From contig CACNUQ010000005.1 in the NCBI GenBank assembly GCA_902623685.1, positions 44 to 64,043 on the forward strand: 64,000 nt of DNA, given 5' to 3'. The DNA comes from an uncultured SAR86 cluster bacterium (GTDB taxonomy: Bacteria > Pseudomonadota > Gammaproteobacteria > Magnimaribacterales > D2472). Made by a program: the position numbers and the translations under genes. This document shows positions 9,762 to 19,070 of this stretch, piece after piece (positions within the stretch are counted from its first letter, which is position 1; each line of letters begins with the position of its first letter). The notes under the pieces were generated by a model. The model made no database searches, had not been told where the DNA came from, and was given only the letters and a program-made list of their open reading frames with translations.

Positions 9762-11258
9762 ATGACTTATGTATCTGTTAGCTGTGATGCAGGAAAATTT
9801 ACTGGAATCCAAAAGAATAAAATAAATTTTTTTTATGGAATTCCTTATGCAAAAAAACTTACCAAGGAGACGCGATGGTTGCCACCTGAAAAGTTAAATT
9901 CAGAAATCATATTTCAGGCAGTAAAAAGAGGCTGTAGCGCACCGCAAACAATTTACAAAGAATCTTTCTTAACAGATCCCTCAATGCCAGATGAATCAAT
10001 AGATTGTCTTTCATTAAACATAGCTTCAAAAGATATTAGTGCAAATATGCCTGTAATGATCTGGATTCATGGCGGAGCTTACATCACAGGCTCGTCTAAT
10101 TCAGTTGTATACGACCTAGATTATCTGCCGTTACATGAAATCGTATTGGTCACAATTAATTATCGCTTGGGCCCATTTGGTTTTTTAAAGCTAGATGAGG
10201 TATCAAATGGTCTAATCAAATCAACTGGTAATGAGGGTTTAATGGATCAAAAGTTAGCAATAGAGTGGGTAAAAGAAAATATTAGTGAGTTTGGCGGAGA
10301 TCCAGAAAATATAACTCTTTTTGGAGAATCTGCTGGAGCATGGAGTGTTGCTCTGCAATCATCCATAAGTCCTGAGGGCAATTTGTTCTCCAAAGCTATA
10401 TGTCAAAGCGGAGGGATGAATGCTTATTTCGATGTTGACAGAGGAAACAAATGGGGAGAATTATTTATTAAAACATCACATGATAGAGGATTCAAAATTG
10501 ATGACTTACATATTTTAGATCACAAACAGATAACAAAAATATCATCTGAAATTAAACATACAATGATAGCTGATGGAATTTGGCTTACCCCAGAGGTTGG
10601 TTTCGCCCCCATCGCAGATGGAAAATTTCTTCCTTTAAATCCAATTAAAAATTTCAAAGATTCATCAATTAGGCTCATTATCGGAACTACATCAGACGAA
10701 TATAGGCTCTGGTCTGAGTTTGAAGATTATTACATTAACTTGAACGAAGATAATTTTTATAAGAGATTAAAAAAAATATTTAAAAAAGATGCTGTGGATC
10801 AAATTGCAAAAATTTATTTAAGTGATCAATCTGATGGAAATAAATTTCAGCATGCACTTTCAAATTTAATGACTGACTGGACATTTGGCATGCATGCATT
10901 GGAACTTCTTGAGCAACATCAAGATAGTTCCTATGGATATTTTTTTAATGAACCCAGTCCATTGCTCGATGGAAAATTAGGTGCTTATCATGCAAGTGAA
11001 TTACCTTATGTTTTTGGTTCAGTCAATAAAAAAATTTTTAAAGATTTTTGCTCTGAAAAATCTGAAGAAATATCTAATTTTTTTCAAGTCTCATGGAGTC
11101 AATTTGCTAAAACTGGCTCTCCTTCCTCTGATTTAATGGACTGGGAAGTTTATAAAAATAATTTACATGTTGCATATATAAATTCAACGCCAAAAATTAA
11201 AACATTTCCAAATAAAGATAGGATAAAATTACTCAATGAATCTAAGAGTGACCTTTAA
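9762..11258 (+). CDS. Carboxylesterase type B (para-nitrobenzyl esterase-like), no signal peptide
   Basis: Oxyanion-hole region PVMIWIHGGAY, INYRLGPFGF and nucleophile elbow GESAGA. Confidence 0.85.
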   Translation: MTYVSVSCDAGKFTGIQKNKINFFYGIPYAKKLTKETRWLPPEKLNSEIIFQAVKRGCSAPQTIYKESFLTDPSMPDESIDCLSLNIASKDISANMPVMIWIHGGAYITGSSNSVVYDLDYLPLHEIVLVTINYRLGPFGFLKLDEVSNGLIKSTGNEGLMDQKLAIEWVKENISEFGGDPENITLFGESAGAWSVALQSSISPEGNLFSKAICQSGGMNAYFDVDRGNKWGELFIKTSHDRGFKIDDLHILDHKQITKISSEIKHTMIADGIWLTPEVGFAPIADGKFLPLNPIKNFKDSSIRLIIGTTSDEYRLWSEFEDYYINLNEDNFYKRLKKIFKKDAVDQIAKIYLSDQSDGNKFQHALSNLMTDWTFGMHALELLEQHQDSSYGYFFNEPSPLLDGKLGAYHASELPYVFGSVNKKIFKDFCSEKSEEISNFFQVSWSQFAKTGSPSSDLMDWEVYKNNLHVAYINSTPKIKTFPNKDRIKLLNESKSDL

Positions 11259-13077
11259 AAATTTAATTATTTTGTTTGGCCTCTTTATTTTAGGATCCTG
11301 CGTAAGTTCGATTCAACAAAATAATTCTTTGACTATTGCGACTTCATCAGGAATTGCTCAAGGGTCATTAAAACAAGATGTTATTTCATGGGAGGACATC
11401 CCTTATGCGATACCACCTGAAGGAGATTTGCGATGGAAAGCACCTAGATCATTAATTGCGCCTGAGTTAGTCATTCAACGTCAAGAGGGGAACGGCTGTC
11501 TACAAGAAGCAAGTATTTATGCAGGCATTCAAGGTGAAGGCATTGTTGGCCAAGAAGATTGTTTGTATCTGGATATTAGAGCCCCTGTAAAAAATTTAAA
11601 TAGAAGATTGCCTGTTATGTTTTGGATTCACGGGGGCGGAAATACTTCAGGCATTAAAGATTATTATGATTTTTCTGAGTTGATACGAAGACATCAAGTT
11701 CTTGTTGTAACAATTAATTATCGTTTAGGCCCTATGGGATGGTTTACACATCCCGCAATTCAAGGACTTCAAAATGGACTTGATAAAACCTCTAATTTTG
11801 GAACTCTTGATATAATTGAGGCTTTAAAATGGGTACAAAAAAATATTCAAAATTTTGGTGGTGATCCAAATAATATAACAATTTTTGGAGAGTCCGCAGG
11901 AGGTCATAATGTTCTCTCATTGCTTGCTTCGCCTTTAAGCGAGGGTTTGTTTCATAAAGCAATTTCTCAATCAGGATATACGACAACTTTTACCAAAGAG
12001 GAAGCATTTGGGTCCGATCGAAAGGACATATACAAAAATAATTTAGCTGCTGATAAAGTTTTGTCTGCTCACGATTTATCAGGATATGGATCGATAAAAA
12101 ATTTATTTATTAGCAACCAGAAAAAATATGGTGATGATTATCAACGATATTTAAGATCAATTGATGGAAAGGATCTCCTAGAAACATATAAAAAAATTTC
12201 TGAAGACACTTATGATCGGCTACCTATACTAACCAGAGATGGAATTGTAGTTCATATTGACGGGATGCTTGCTGGATTAGCCGCAGCTAAAAAGAAAAAT
12301 AATATTCCAGTCATTGCTGGATCAAATAAAGATGAACTTTCTCTTTGGCTTGGTTCAAATAGGTATTTTGTAGATGCTTCTTTCCCTTTTACTAAGCTCA
12401 TTCCTTTGCCTAAAATAGTTTTTAAAAGAGAAAATCTGTACAAACTTTGGGTGAAAACGCGATCGCAGGGTTGGAAATTAAGAGGTGTTGACGAACCCTT
12501 AATGGAGTTAGAAAAGTCTGGAAATAATTCTTTATATGCATACAGATTTGATTGGGATGATCAAGCTTCATCTTACTTTGCAGATTTTCCAAACCTTATT
12601 GGATCTGCTCATGGAATTGAAATTTCATTTATCACTGGAGATTTCAAATTTGGTCCCATTGGCAGATATGTTTATCCCAAGGGAGAGCTTCGAAATCAAA
12701 TGCAAGAAACAATGATGAATGCTTGGGCATCTTTTGCAAAAACAGGTGTTCCTATAACTGGAAAAGGCGTTGACTGGGAAAAGTTTGACTCTAAAAATAG
12801 AAAATTTCTTAAACTTGACTCTGATAAATATCTATCTTTGGATCAAGAGATGCTTTCCCTTGAGTTTATTTTAGGCAATCTTAAATTATCTCCAACAGGA
12901 ACTCTCTTAGAAAAATGTCTTTTAGCAGAAGAAACATTTTTTAATATCGGAGACCGAATGGATAGGGAGTTTTTAGCATGGGATAATTCAGTTTGCGAGC
13001 AGTTTGATATGCTCAAAGAGAGGAAGAAGATTGAAACTGATTTAATTGAAGAATATGGTTCAGCAAGCGTCTTTTAA
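11236..13077 (+). CDS. Carboxylesterase type B, lipoprotein
   Basis: Lipobox (FILGS-C), PVMFWIHGGGN, INYRLGPMGW and GESAGG. It is a tandem paralogue of the preceding gene and overlaps its 3' end by 23 nt. Confidence 0.85.
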   Translation: MNLRVTFKNLIILFGLFILGSCVSSIQQNNSLTIATSSGIAQGSLKQDVISWEDIPYAIPPEGDLRWKAPRSLIAPELVIQRQEGNGCLQEASIYAGIQGEGIVGQEDCLYLDIRAPVKNLNRRLPVMFWIHGGGNTSGIKDYYDFSELIRRHQVLVVTINYRLGPMGWFTHPAIQGLQNGLDKTSNFGTLDIIEALKWVQKNIQNFGGDPNNITIFGESAGGHNVLSLLASPLSEGLFHKAISQSGYTTTFTKEEAFGSDRKDIYKNNLAADKVLSAHDLSGYGSIKNLFISNQKKYGDDYQRYLRSIDGKDLLETYKKISEDTYDRLPILTRDGIVVHIDGMLAGLAAAKKKNNIPVIAGSNKDELSLWLGSNRYFVDASFPFTKLIPLPKIVFKRENLYKLWVKTRSQGWKLRGVDEPLMELEKSGNNSLYAYRFDWDDQASSYFADFPNLIGSAHGIEISFITGDFKFGPIGRYVYPKGELRNQMQETMMNAWASFAKTGVPITGKGVDWEKFDSKNRKFLKLDSDKYLSLDQEMLSLEFILGNLKLSPTGTLLEKCLLAEETFFNIGDRMDREFLAWDNSVCEQFDMLKERKKIETDLIEEYGSASVF

Positions 13078-13079
13078 TA

Positions 13080-15245
13080 ATGACTTCACCTTCATCTAAT
13101 AATCAAATACTTTTTTTATTTTTTGGTTTAATTTTTATTTTTGGTTGTGGTTCTGATGTTGATCCAGGAAAGATCGAGGGCGCTCCTCGAGCTAGTGAAT
13201 CTATTTATGAACAAGATTTAAAATTTTTAAAGACAAAAGATGCATTATTTGGAGATGAATTAAGCGAAACATCACAAATATTATTTGGAGATTTGCATGT
13301 TCATACAACATATTCAATAGATGCATTTACTCTAGAGTTACCAATGATGGGGCTTCAGGGCGTGCATGATAGTTCTATGGCTTGTGATTTTGCCCGTTAT
13401 TGCGCAAATTTAGATTTTTTTAGTTTTAATGATCATGCTGAAGGTTTAACACCTGAGCATTGGCGTCAACAAAATAAGATTGTTGAACAATGCAATGTTT
13501 CAAATAATGACCCTGTAACAAATGATTTGGTTGTTTTTCCAGGTTGGGAGTGGACTCAAATTGGTACGACAAAAGAAAATCATTGGGGCCATAGAAATGT
13601 TATCTTTAAGGACATTTATAACTTGCCAGCAAGGCCAATTGGCGCAAGAACTCCCGAGTCTGGATTAGGAGTTTTCGACACCACTGAGCAAGCTGTGGGC
13701 GCCAGATGGATGGACATTTTTAATTTTAAACGTTATTCAGATTTGAAATGGCTTTTGAATGAAGTTAGGAATATTCCGTATTGCGAAGAGGGAGTTAAGT
13801 CAACAGAATTACCTTTAGATTGTTATGAGTATGCAAGTTCGCCTAAAGAACTTTTTTCCAAGCTCGATGAGTGGAATTATGACAACATCGTTATTCCCCA
13901 TGGACAGTCTTGGGGCTACCATGTTCCATTAGGTACTTCTTGGGATAATCGTTTGAATGCAGATGGCCATGATCCTGATAAGCAAATATTGTTAGAAATA
14001 ATGTCGGGTCATGGAAATAGTGAAGAATACAGAGACATATCATCGGCAAATTTTTTACAAGATGGCGAAATGATTTGTCCTGAGCCAACTCAAGACTTTT
14101 TACCATGTTGCTGGCAAGCTGGTGAAATGCAAAAAAAACGCTGTAATGGGCTCTCCGAAGAAGAATGCAGTGCAAGAGTTGAGTTAGCTAAAAAATATAC
14201 TTTAGCTGGAGGCCCTTATACTAATATGGTTTTTCCAGAAGCTAAGCCAGAGGAATGGCTAAGTTGCGATCAATGCACGGATTGTTTTAAACCTGCATTC
14301 AATTACAGACCTAAACAATCTGCTCAATATGCATTAGCAATCTCTAATTTCGATCAATCTGAAGAAGATCCACAAAGATATAATTTTGGTTTTATAGCTT
14401 CCACAGATGATCATACCGCCAGACCTGGAACCGGTTATAAACAATATGAAAGACGTAAGATGACCTTTGCTACCGGAGTCAAATCAAAAATGTGGGAATA
14501 TAAATATAAAGCTGAAGATCCAAATTTTCCAGAGATACCAAAAATTATCCCAGGTGAAAGTCAGCCTGATAGTGAGAGGGTTTCAAGCTTTGTTTACCCT
14601 GGCGGAATCTTAGCGGTTCATTCAAATGGGAGAGGTAAGGATGCAATTTGGTCTGCTTTAAAAAATAAAAATGTATATGGGACAAGTGGTCCCAGGATAC
14701 TACTATGGTTTGATTTGATTAATTCTCCTGATGGCAAAGTTCCCATGGGATCTGAAATTACAATGAGCCAAAATCCAAGATTTATTGTTAAAGCTGCCGG
14801 TAGTTTTAAACAAAATAGTGGCTGCTCTGATGAATCAATAGATGCTCTTTCGTCTGATAGATTAGAATATCTCTGTGCCGGTGAATGTTATAATCCAACC
14901 AATGAGCGGCACATTCTGGAGCGCATAGAGGTTATAAAGATTACCCCACAATCATATGTTGGTGAATCTATTAAAACATTAATTCAAGATCCTTGGATGT
15001 CAATTCCTTGTAATGGAAAAAGCGAATGTATTATTGAATTTGAGGATCCAAATTTTTCTCGAGATAGTGTTTATTATGTAAGAGCAATACAAGAAGAAAC
15101 CCTAGCAATTAATGGATCATCTATATCAGAAAGAAAGGAATTTAAACTTTGTAAAGGTAGCTTTAGAACCAATCTCAACGATAATTGTCTAAGTCCAGCC
15201 AATGAGCGGGCATGGTCATCACCAATATATGTAAATAAGCCTTAA
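13080..15245 (+). CDS. DUF3604-family (PHP-like metal-dependent) lipoprotein
   Basis: Lipobox (FIFG-C). N-terminal GDLHVHTTYSIDAF metal-binding motif and FNDHAE, typical of DUF3604. 721 aa. Confidence 0.65.
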   Translation: MTSPSSNNQILFLFFGLIFIFGCGSDVDPGKIEGAPRASESIYEQDLKFLKTKDALFGDELSETSQILFGDLHVHTTYSIDAFTLELPMMGLQGVHDSSMACDFARYCANLDFFSFNDHAEGLTPEHWRQQNKIVEQCNVSNNDPVTNDLVVFPGWEWTQIGTTKENHWGHRNVIFKDIYNLPARPIGARTPESGLGVFDTTEQAVGARWMDIFNFKRYSDLKWLLNEVRNIPYCEEGVKSTELPLDCYEYASSPKELFSKLDEWNYDNIVIPHGQSWGYHVPLGTSWDNRLNADGHDPDKQILLEIMSGHGNSEEYRDISSANFLQDGEMICPEPTQDFLPCCWQAGEMQKKRCNGLSEEECSARVELAKKYTLAGGPYTNMVFPEAKPEEWLSCDQCTDCFKPAFNYRPKQSAQYALAISNFDQSEEDPQRYNFGFIASTDDHTARPGTGYKQYERRKMTFATGVKSKMWEYKYKAEDPNFPEIPKIIPGESQPDSERVSSFVYPGGILAVHSNGRGKDAIWSALKNKNVYGTSGPRILLWFDLINSPDGKVPMGSEITMSQNPRFIVKAAGSFKQNSGCSDESIDALSSDRLEYLCAGECYNPTNERHILERIEVIKITPQSYVGESIKTLIQDPWMSIPCNGKSECIIEFEDPNFSRDSVYYVRAIQEETLAINGSSISERKEFKLCKGSFRTNLNDNCLSPANERAWSSPIYVNKP

Positions 15246-15667
15246 TTAGAATTTTGTTGCTTAATTTGATTTGCAGTTACCCTTTTTATCTTTAATAACT
15301 CAGCTATTTTAAAGTAAAGATTTTCCTCATATGCATCAACAACTGAATCAGCAGTAACTAACTCCCATAATATTTTTAGTAAATCTTTTTTTTCTTCTTT
15401 GCTATAGGTTTCATTAATTTTTTTTACAAAAGGATAAAAAGAAACTGATTCTTGGGCCCCATCAATAATTTTTCTAATGATTGTTGAAACTTTGGTATCT
15501 TCACCAGAAATTAAGCTCGCTCTATCTTTGATAATTTTTAACTCAGCTTCATCAAGTTTTCCATCACTAATTGCTATTTCAAACATAAGCCTTAATACAA
15601 CATCTGCTTCTTGATGATTATCGATCAAATCTACCGTTGGCTTTTTTTTAAATAAATTTTTTAACAT
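15242..15667 (-). CDS. TerB-like / DjlA N-terminal-like domain protein
   Basis: 141 aa helical protein with a TerB-family pattern (ADVVLRLMFEIAISDGKLDEAELKIIKD ... LLKILWELVTADSVVDAYEENLYFKIAELLKI). Confidence 0.55.
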   Translation of the reverse strand: MLKNLFKKKPTVDLIDNHQEADVVLRLMFEIAISDGKLDEAELKIIKDRASLISGEDTKVSTIIRKIIDGAQESVSFYPFVKKINETYSKEEKKDLLKILWELVTADSVVDAYEENLYFKIAELLKIKRVTANQIKQQNSN

Positions 15668-16242
15668 ATTTTGAATCTATTTTTTAAATTTTGTTTTGGA
15701 AAATTGAAGAATGTTCCAGCAATAATCAGAAAATCCAAAGCAATTGATCTGTTGATAATATACGCTTCATCAATTTCAGCAAGTTTTTTTGGATCACTCA
15801 TATCATATCCAAGTATTTGCGCTAATCCAGTAATGCCAGGCTTTACCATGAAAATATTTTTTAACGATCTTTCTTTTAAGAGTTTCTCCTGAGTCACCAA
15901 TCCCGGTCTGGGACCTACTATATTAAGCTCTCCCTTAAGAACATTAATCAATTGAGGAAATTCATCAAGTTTTATTTTTCTAATCCACTTGCCATTTTTA
16001 AGCATATTTGAGTCTTTAAGTTCATGAGTACCAATATTTGGAGTATTTTTTTTAAGCGTTCTAATCTTAATTATATTAAAACTTACTTTATCTAAACCAA
16101 CCCTTTCTTGAATAAAAAATATTGGAAAACCATCTTCAATGATAATGATTGAACCTACAATAATTATTAATGGACTTATGCTAATTAAACCAATCAAACA
16201 AACAACATTTCTAAAAAGTTTAATAATTTTTTTAAGCATCAT
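15661..16242 (-). CDS. Small monotopic phosphoglycosyl transferase (bacterial sugar transferase, PglC/WbaP C-terminal type)
   Basis: One N-terminal hydrophobic helix, then the bacterial sugar transferase signature (IFFIQERVG ... DEFPQLINVLKGELNIVGPRP ... KPGITGLAQI). Confidence 0.85.
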   Translation of the reverse strand: MMLKKIIKLFRNVVCLIGLISISPLIIIVGSIIIIEDGFPIFFIQERVGLDKVSFNIIKIRTLKKNTPNIGTHELKDSNMLKNGKWIRKIKLDEFPQLINVLKGELNIVGPRPGLVTQEKLLKERSLKNIFMVKPGITGLAQILGYDMSDPKKLAEIDEAYIINRSIALDFLIIAGTFFNFPKQNLKNRFKIC

Positions 16243-16281
16243 TTTGTAAGGTAAAATACTAATATATTTTAAATCATATAT

Positions 16282-17136
16282 ATGAATATTGCTTTAACTG
16301 GATCTTCTGGATCAATAGGGTCTATTCTGGTTAATGACCTAAAGTCAGCAGGGCATAAAATTTTTTGTATATCATCCTCTCATTCATTTCATGAAAAAAA
16401 TATCTATACATATGATGAAATTATCTCACGTAAAATTAATTTTGAAGCTGATTTAATTTTTCATCTTGCTTCAATTAACTCCAATCTAGATGAATCTCAG
16501 ATAGATGAAGAATTAAATTTATGTAAAAGCGTATTCAAAGTGATGGAAGTTACGGGATGCTCTAATCTAATTTTTTTTAGCTCAATTAAGGTTTATGGAG
16601 AAAACTCTTTTGAAATTAATCAATTTACTGAAGATTCAATTTTGGAGCCAAAAAGTTCTTATGGAGAGGCAAAAAAGCAATGTGAAAAATTAATTACCGA
16701 GATGTCATCAATTTTAAACTTTAATTATCTTATTTTACGACTGCCTCCACTACTTATAGAGCATTCTATTTCCAGTCTTGCAAAATTATTTTTTATAGTC
16801 AAAAAAGGAATTCCTATACCATCATTCAAAATCGGAGATGAAAATGAAAGAAGCTTCTTATCATATAAGCTTTTACTTTCTTCAATTAAAATTTTTCTTA
16901 ATGATAAAACAAAAATTAATAATGAAATATTTAATTTATCCGATGAAAGGGCTATCTCAACGCATGATCTTTTTGAAAAAATCGGAATTCAGCTGAATAA
17001 AAAACCAAAAATTATTTATCTTCCTGATTTCATTTTTAATCAAATGATAAAATTAAATAGATTACAATTGATTATGTGTCGATTATTTGGAAATTTTAAA
17101 ATTTCTAGTGAAAAGTTTAAAAGTACTTTTCTTTAA
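16282..17136 (+). CDS. NAD-dependent epimerase/dehydratase family protein
   Basis: N-terminal GSSGSIGS Rossmann motif and a YGEAK catalytic YxxxK motif. 284 aa. Confidence 0.7.
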   Translation: MNIALTGSSGSIGSILVNDLKSAGHKIFCISSSHSFHEKNIYTYDEIISRKINFEADLIFHLASINSNLDESQIDEELNLCKSVFKVMEVTGCSNLIFFSSIKVYGENSFEINQFTEDSILEPKSSYGEAKKQCEKLITEMSSILNFNYLILRLPPLLIEHSISSLAKLFFIVKKGIPIPSFKIGDENERSFLSYKLLLSSIKIFLNDKTKINNEIFNLSDERAISTHDLFEKIGIQLNKKPKIIYLPDFIFNQMIKLNRLQLIMCRLFGNFKISSEKFKSTFL

Positions 17137-17168
17137 AAAACCTTATCAATGAGTAAAATACTGAAATC

Positions 17169-19070
17169 ATGAATTTAGTGGGTCAAAAACTTAACTCCTT
17201 ATCTAGACTTCGTAAAACTATTTTAGTTTTGTTAAATGATTTATTTCTAGCTTTTACGTGTTGGCTTGTTTTTGGCCCTCCAATGGCAACAATTATTTCG
17301 AGCAATACAACTGTAAATTTATTGAGCTTAATTTATTCACAAATATACTCTTTTATTTTTCCAGCTGCTTTGTTTGTTTCATATTTCTATTTTTTTGGAT
17401 ATTACAGATCGTTAATTCGATTCTTTGATTCGCGAGATTCGATTTTTCTTTGTGTTTCTGGATCATTAATTTTCGGTTTTTCTTGGGCTGCAATTTATAT
17501 TTTGCAATTTGACTTAATAGAAACAAGTCTATTATCAGTAATTCTTCTTCAGGGATTGCTTTTATCTGCTGTTTTGTATGCTTTTATTAATATTTCAAGA
17601 GATGTAGCAAAGTACTTTATTTATCCGTATCAAAAAAATGAAAATGCATTACCAGTTATTATCTATGGATCGGGTAAATCTGCAAAAGCTTTATTAGATG
17701 CATTTCAAAATGATCCTTTGAAAAATGTTATTGCAATTTATGATGACTCACCAACTTTTAAAAATTTGCAAATTAATAATGTTCCTATCATCTCCAAGTT
17801 TAAGAATTTAGAAAAATTAAAAGCAAAGCACAACAATTTACAAGTATTTCTTGCTTTGCCTAACATTAAGACTGAGAAGAGAAGAAAAATAATTTCAGAC
17901 TTAGAAACTATTAAAGTTGCTGTAAGAACTGTTCCGACTCTTACCGAGTTAATTTCAGATCAAAAAAAGATGACTGATATTCAAGAGCTATCGATTGATG
18001 ATATTTTGCCTGGAGCTAGAATATCCAATTTTACACTGAGCAATGTAGAGTCAAAGAATTTTCTTATTTCTGGTGCAGGTGGATCGATTGGCTCTGAAAT
18101 TACTAGGCAATTATTATTAAGTAATCCTCAACAGATAATTTTATTTGAACTTTCTGAATATAACCTTTTTAAAATTGAAAGAGAATGTAGTTCGTTGATT
18201 GATTCAAAAAAACTTCAATCAAAAATTGTTCCAATACTTGGCGATATCAGGGATAAAGAAAATTTAAACTTTGTTTTCCAAAAATATAAAATAGATCATG
18301 TATATCACGCTGCAGCATATAAGCATGTCCCCTTGGTAGAGGATAAAAATAATTTAGCAAAAGCTGCTGAAAATAATATTCTTGGCACATATAATCTTGC
18401 TCAAATTTCATTAGACCATCAGGTAAATTCTTTTGTCATGATCTCAACAGATAAGGCAGTTCGTCCTTCCAATGTTATGGGTGCTACAAAAAGATTTGCA
18501 GAGATCGTAATTCAATCTATAAATGATAAATCAACATTTACAAAATTTAGCATGGTTAGATTTGGAAATGTAATTAACTCCTCTGGCTCAGTTATTCCAT
18601 TGTTTCTTGATCAAATTTCTCAAGGCGGCCCAGTTACAGTAACTGACAAAGAGGTAAAGAGATATTTTATGACCATTCCTGAGGCATCAAGTTTAGTTTT
18701 GCAAGCAGGTGAAATGGCCAAAGGTGGAGAAGTTTTTATTTTAGATATGGGCGAACAAATTAAAATATACGATCTCGCAAGAAAATTGATTCATTTATCT
18801 GGAAGAAATTATGTTGAAAATCATAATGATGATGGCATACAAATTTTAGAAATTGGGCTCAGGCCTGGTGAGAAAATGTTTGAAGAGTTACTTATTTCTG
18901 GCACTGAAATCAAAACCGAAAACGAAAAAATCTTTATGGCAAATGAAACATTCATTGATTATAAAAAATTAAAGCCCGTTCTTGAAAAAATTCAAACTAA
19001 TATCGCAAATTATAATAATGAAGAAATTTTAAATATATTAACCGAAAATGTTGAGGGCTTTGATCGATGA
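17169..19070 (+). CDS. Membrane-anchored nucleotide-sugar 4,6-dehydratase (PglF/CapD/WbpM family)
   Basis: About four N-terminal TM helices, a second Rossmann domain GAGGSIGSE, AAAYKHVPLVE and ISTDKAVRPSNVMGATKR signatures. 633 aa. Confidence 0.85.
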   Translation: MNLVGQKLNSLSRLRKTILVLLNDLFLAFTCWLVFGPPMATIISSNTTVNLLSLIYSQIYSFIFPAALFVSYFYFFGYYRSLIRFFDSRDSIFLCVSGSLIFGFSWAAIYILQFDLIETSLLSVILLQGLLLSAVLYAFINISRDVAKYFIYPYQKNENALPVIIYGSGKSAKALLDAFQNDPLKNVIAIYDDSPTFKNLQINNVPIISKFKNLEKLKAKHNNLQVFLALPNIKTEKRRKIISDLETIKVAVRTVPTLTELISDQKKMTDIQELSIDDILPGARISNFTLSNVESKNFLISGAGGSIGSEITRQLLLSNPQQIILFELSEYNLFKIERECSSLIDSKKLQSKIVPILGDIRDKENLNFVFQKYKIDHVYHAAAYKHVPLVEDKNNLAKAAENNILGTYNLAQISLDHQVNSFVMISTDKAVRPSNVMGATKRFAEIVIQSINDKSTFTKFSMVRFGNVINSSGSVIPLFLDQISQGGPVTVTDKEVKRYFMTIPEASSLVLQAGEMAKGGEVFILDMGEQIKIYDLARKLIHLSGRNYVENHNDDGIQILEIGLRPGEKMFEELLISGTEIKTENEKIFMANETFIDYKKLKPVLEKIQTNIANYNNEEILNILTENVEGFDR

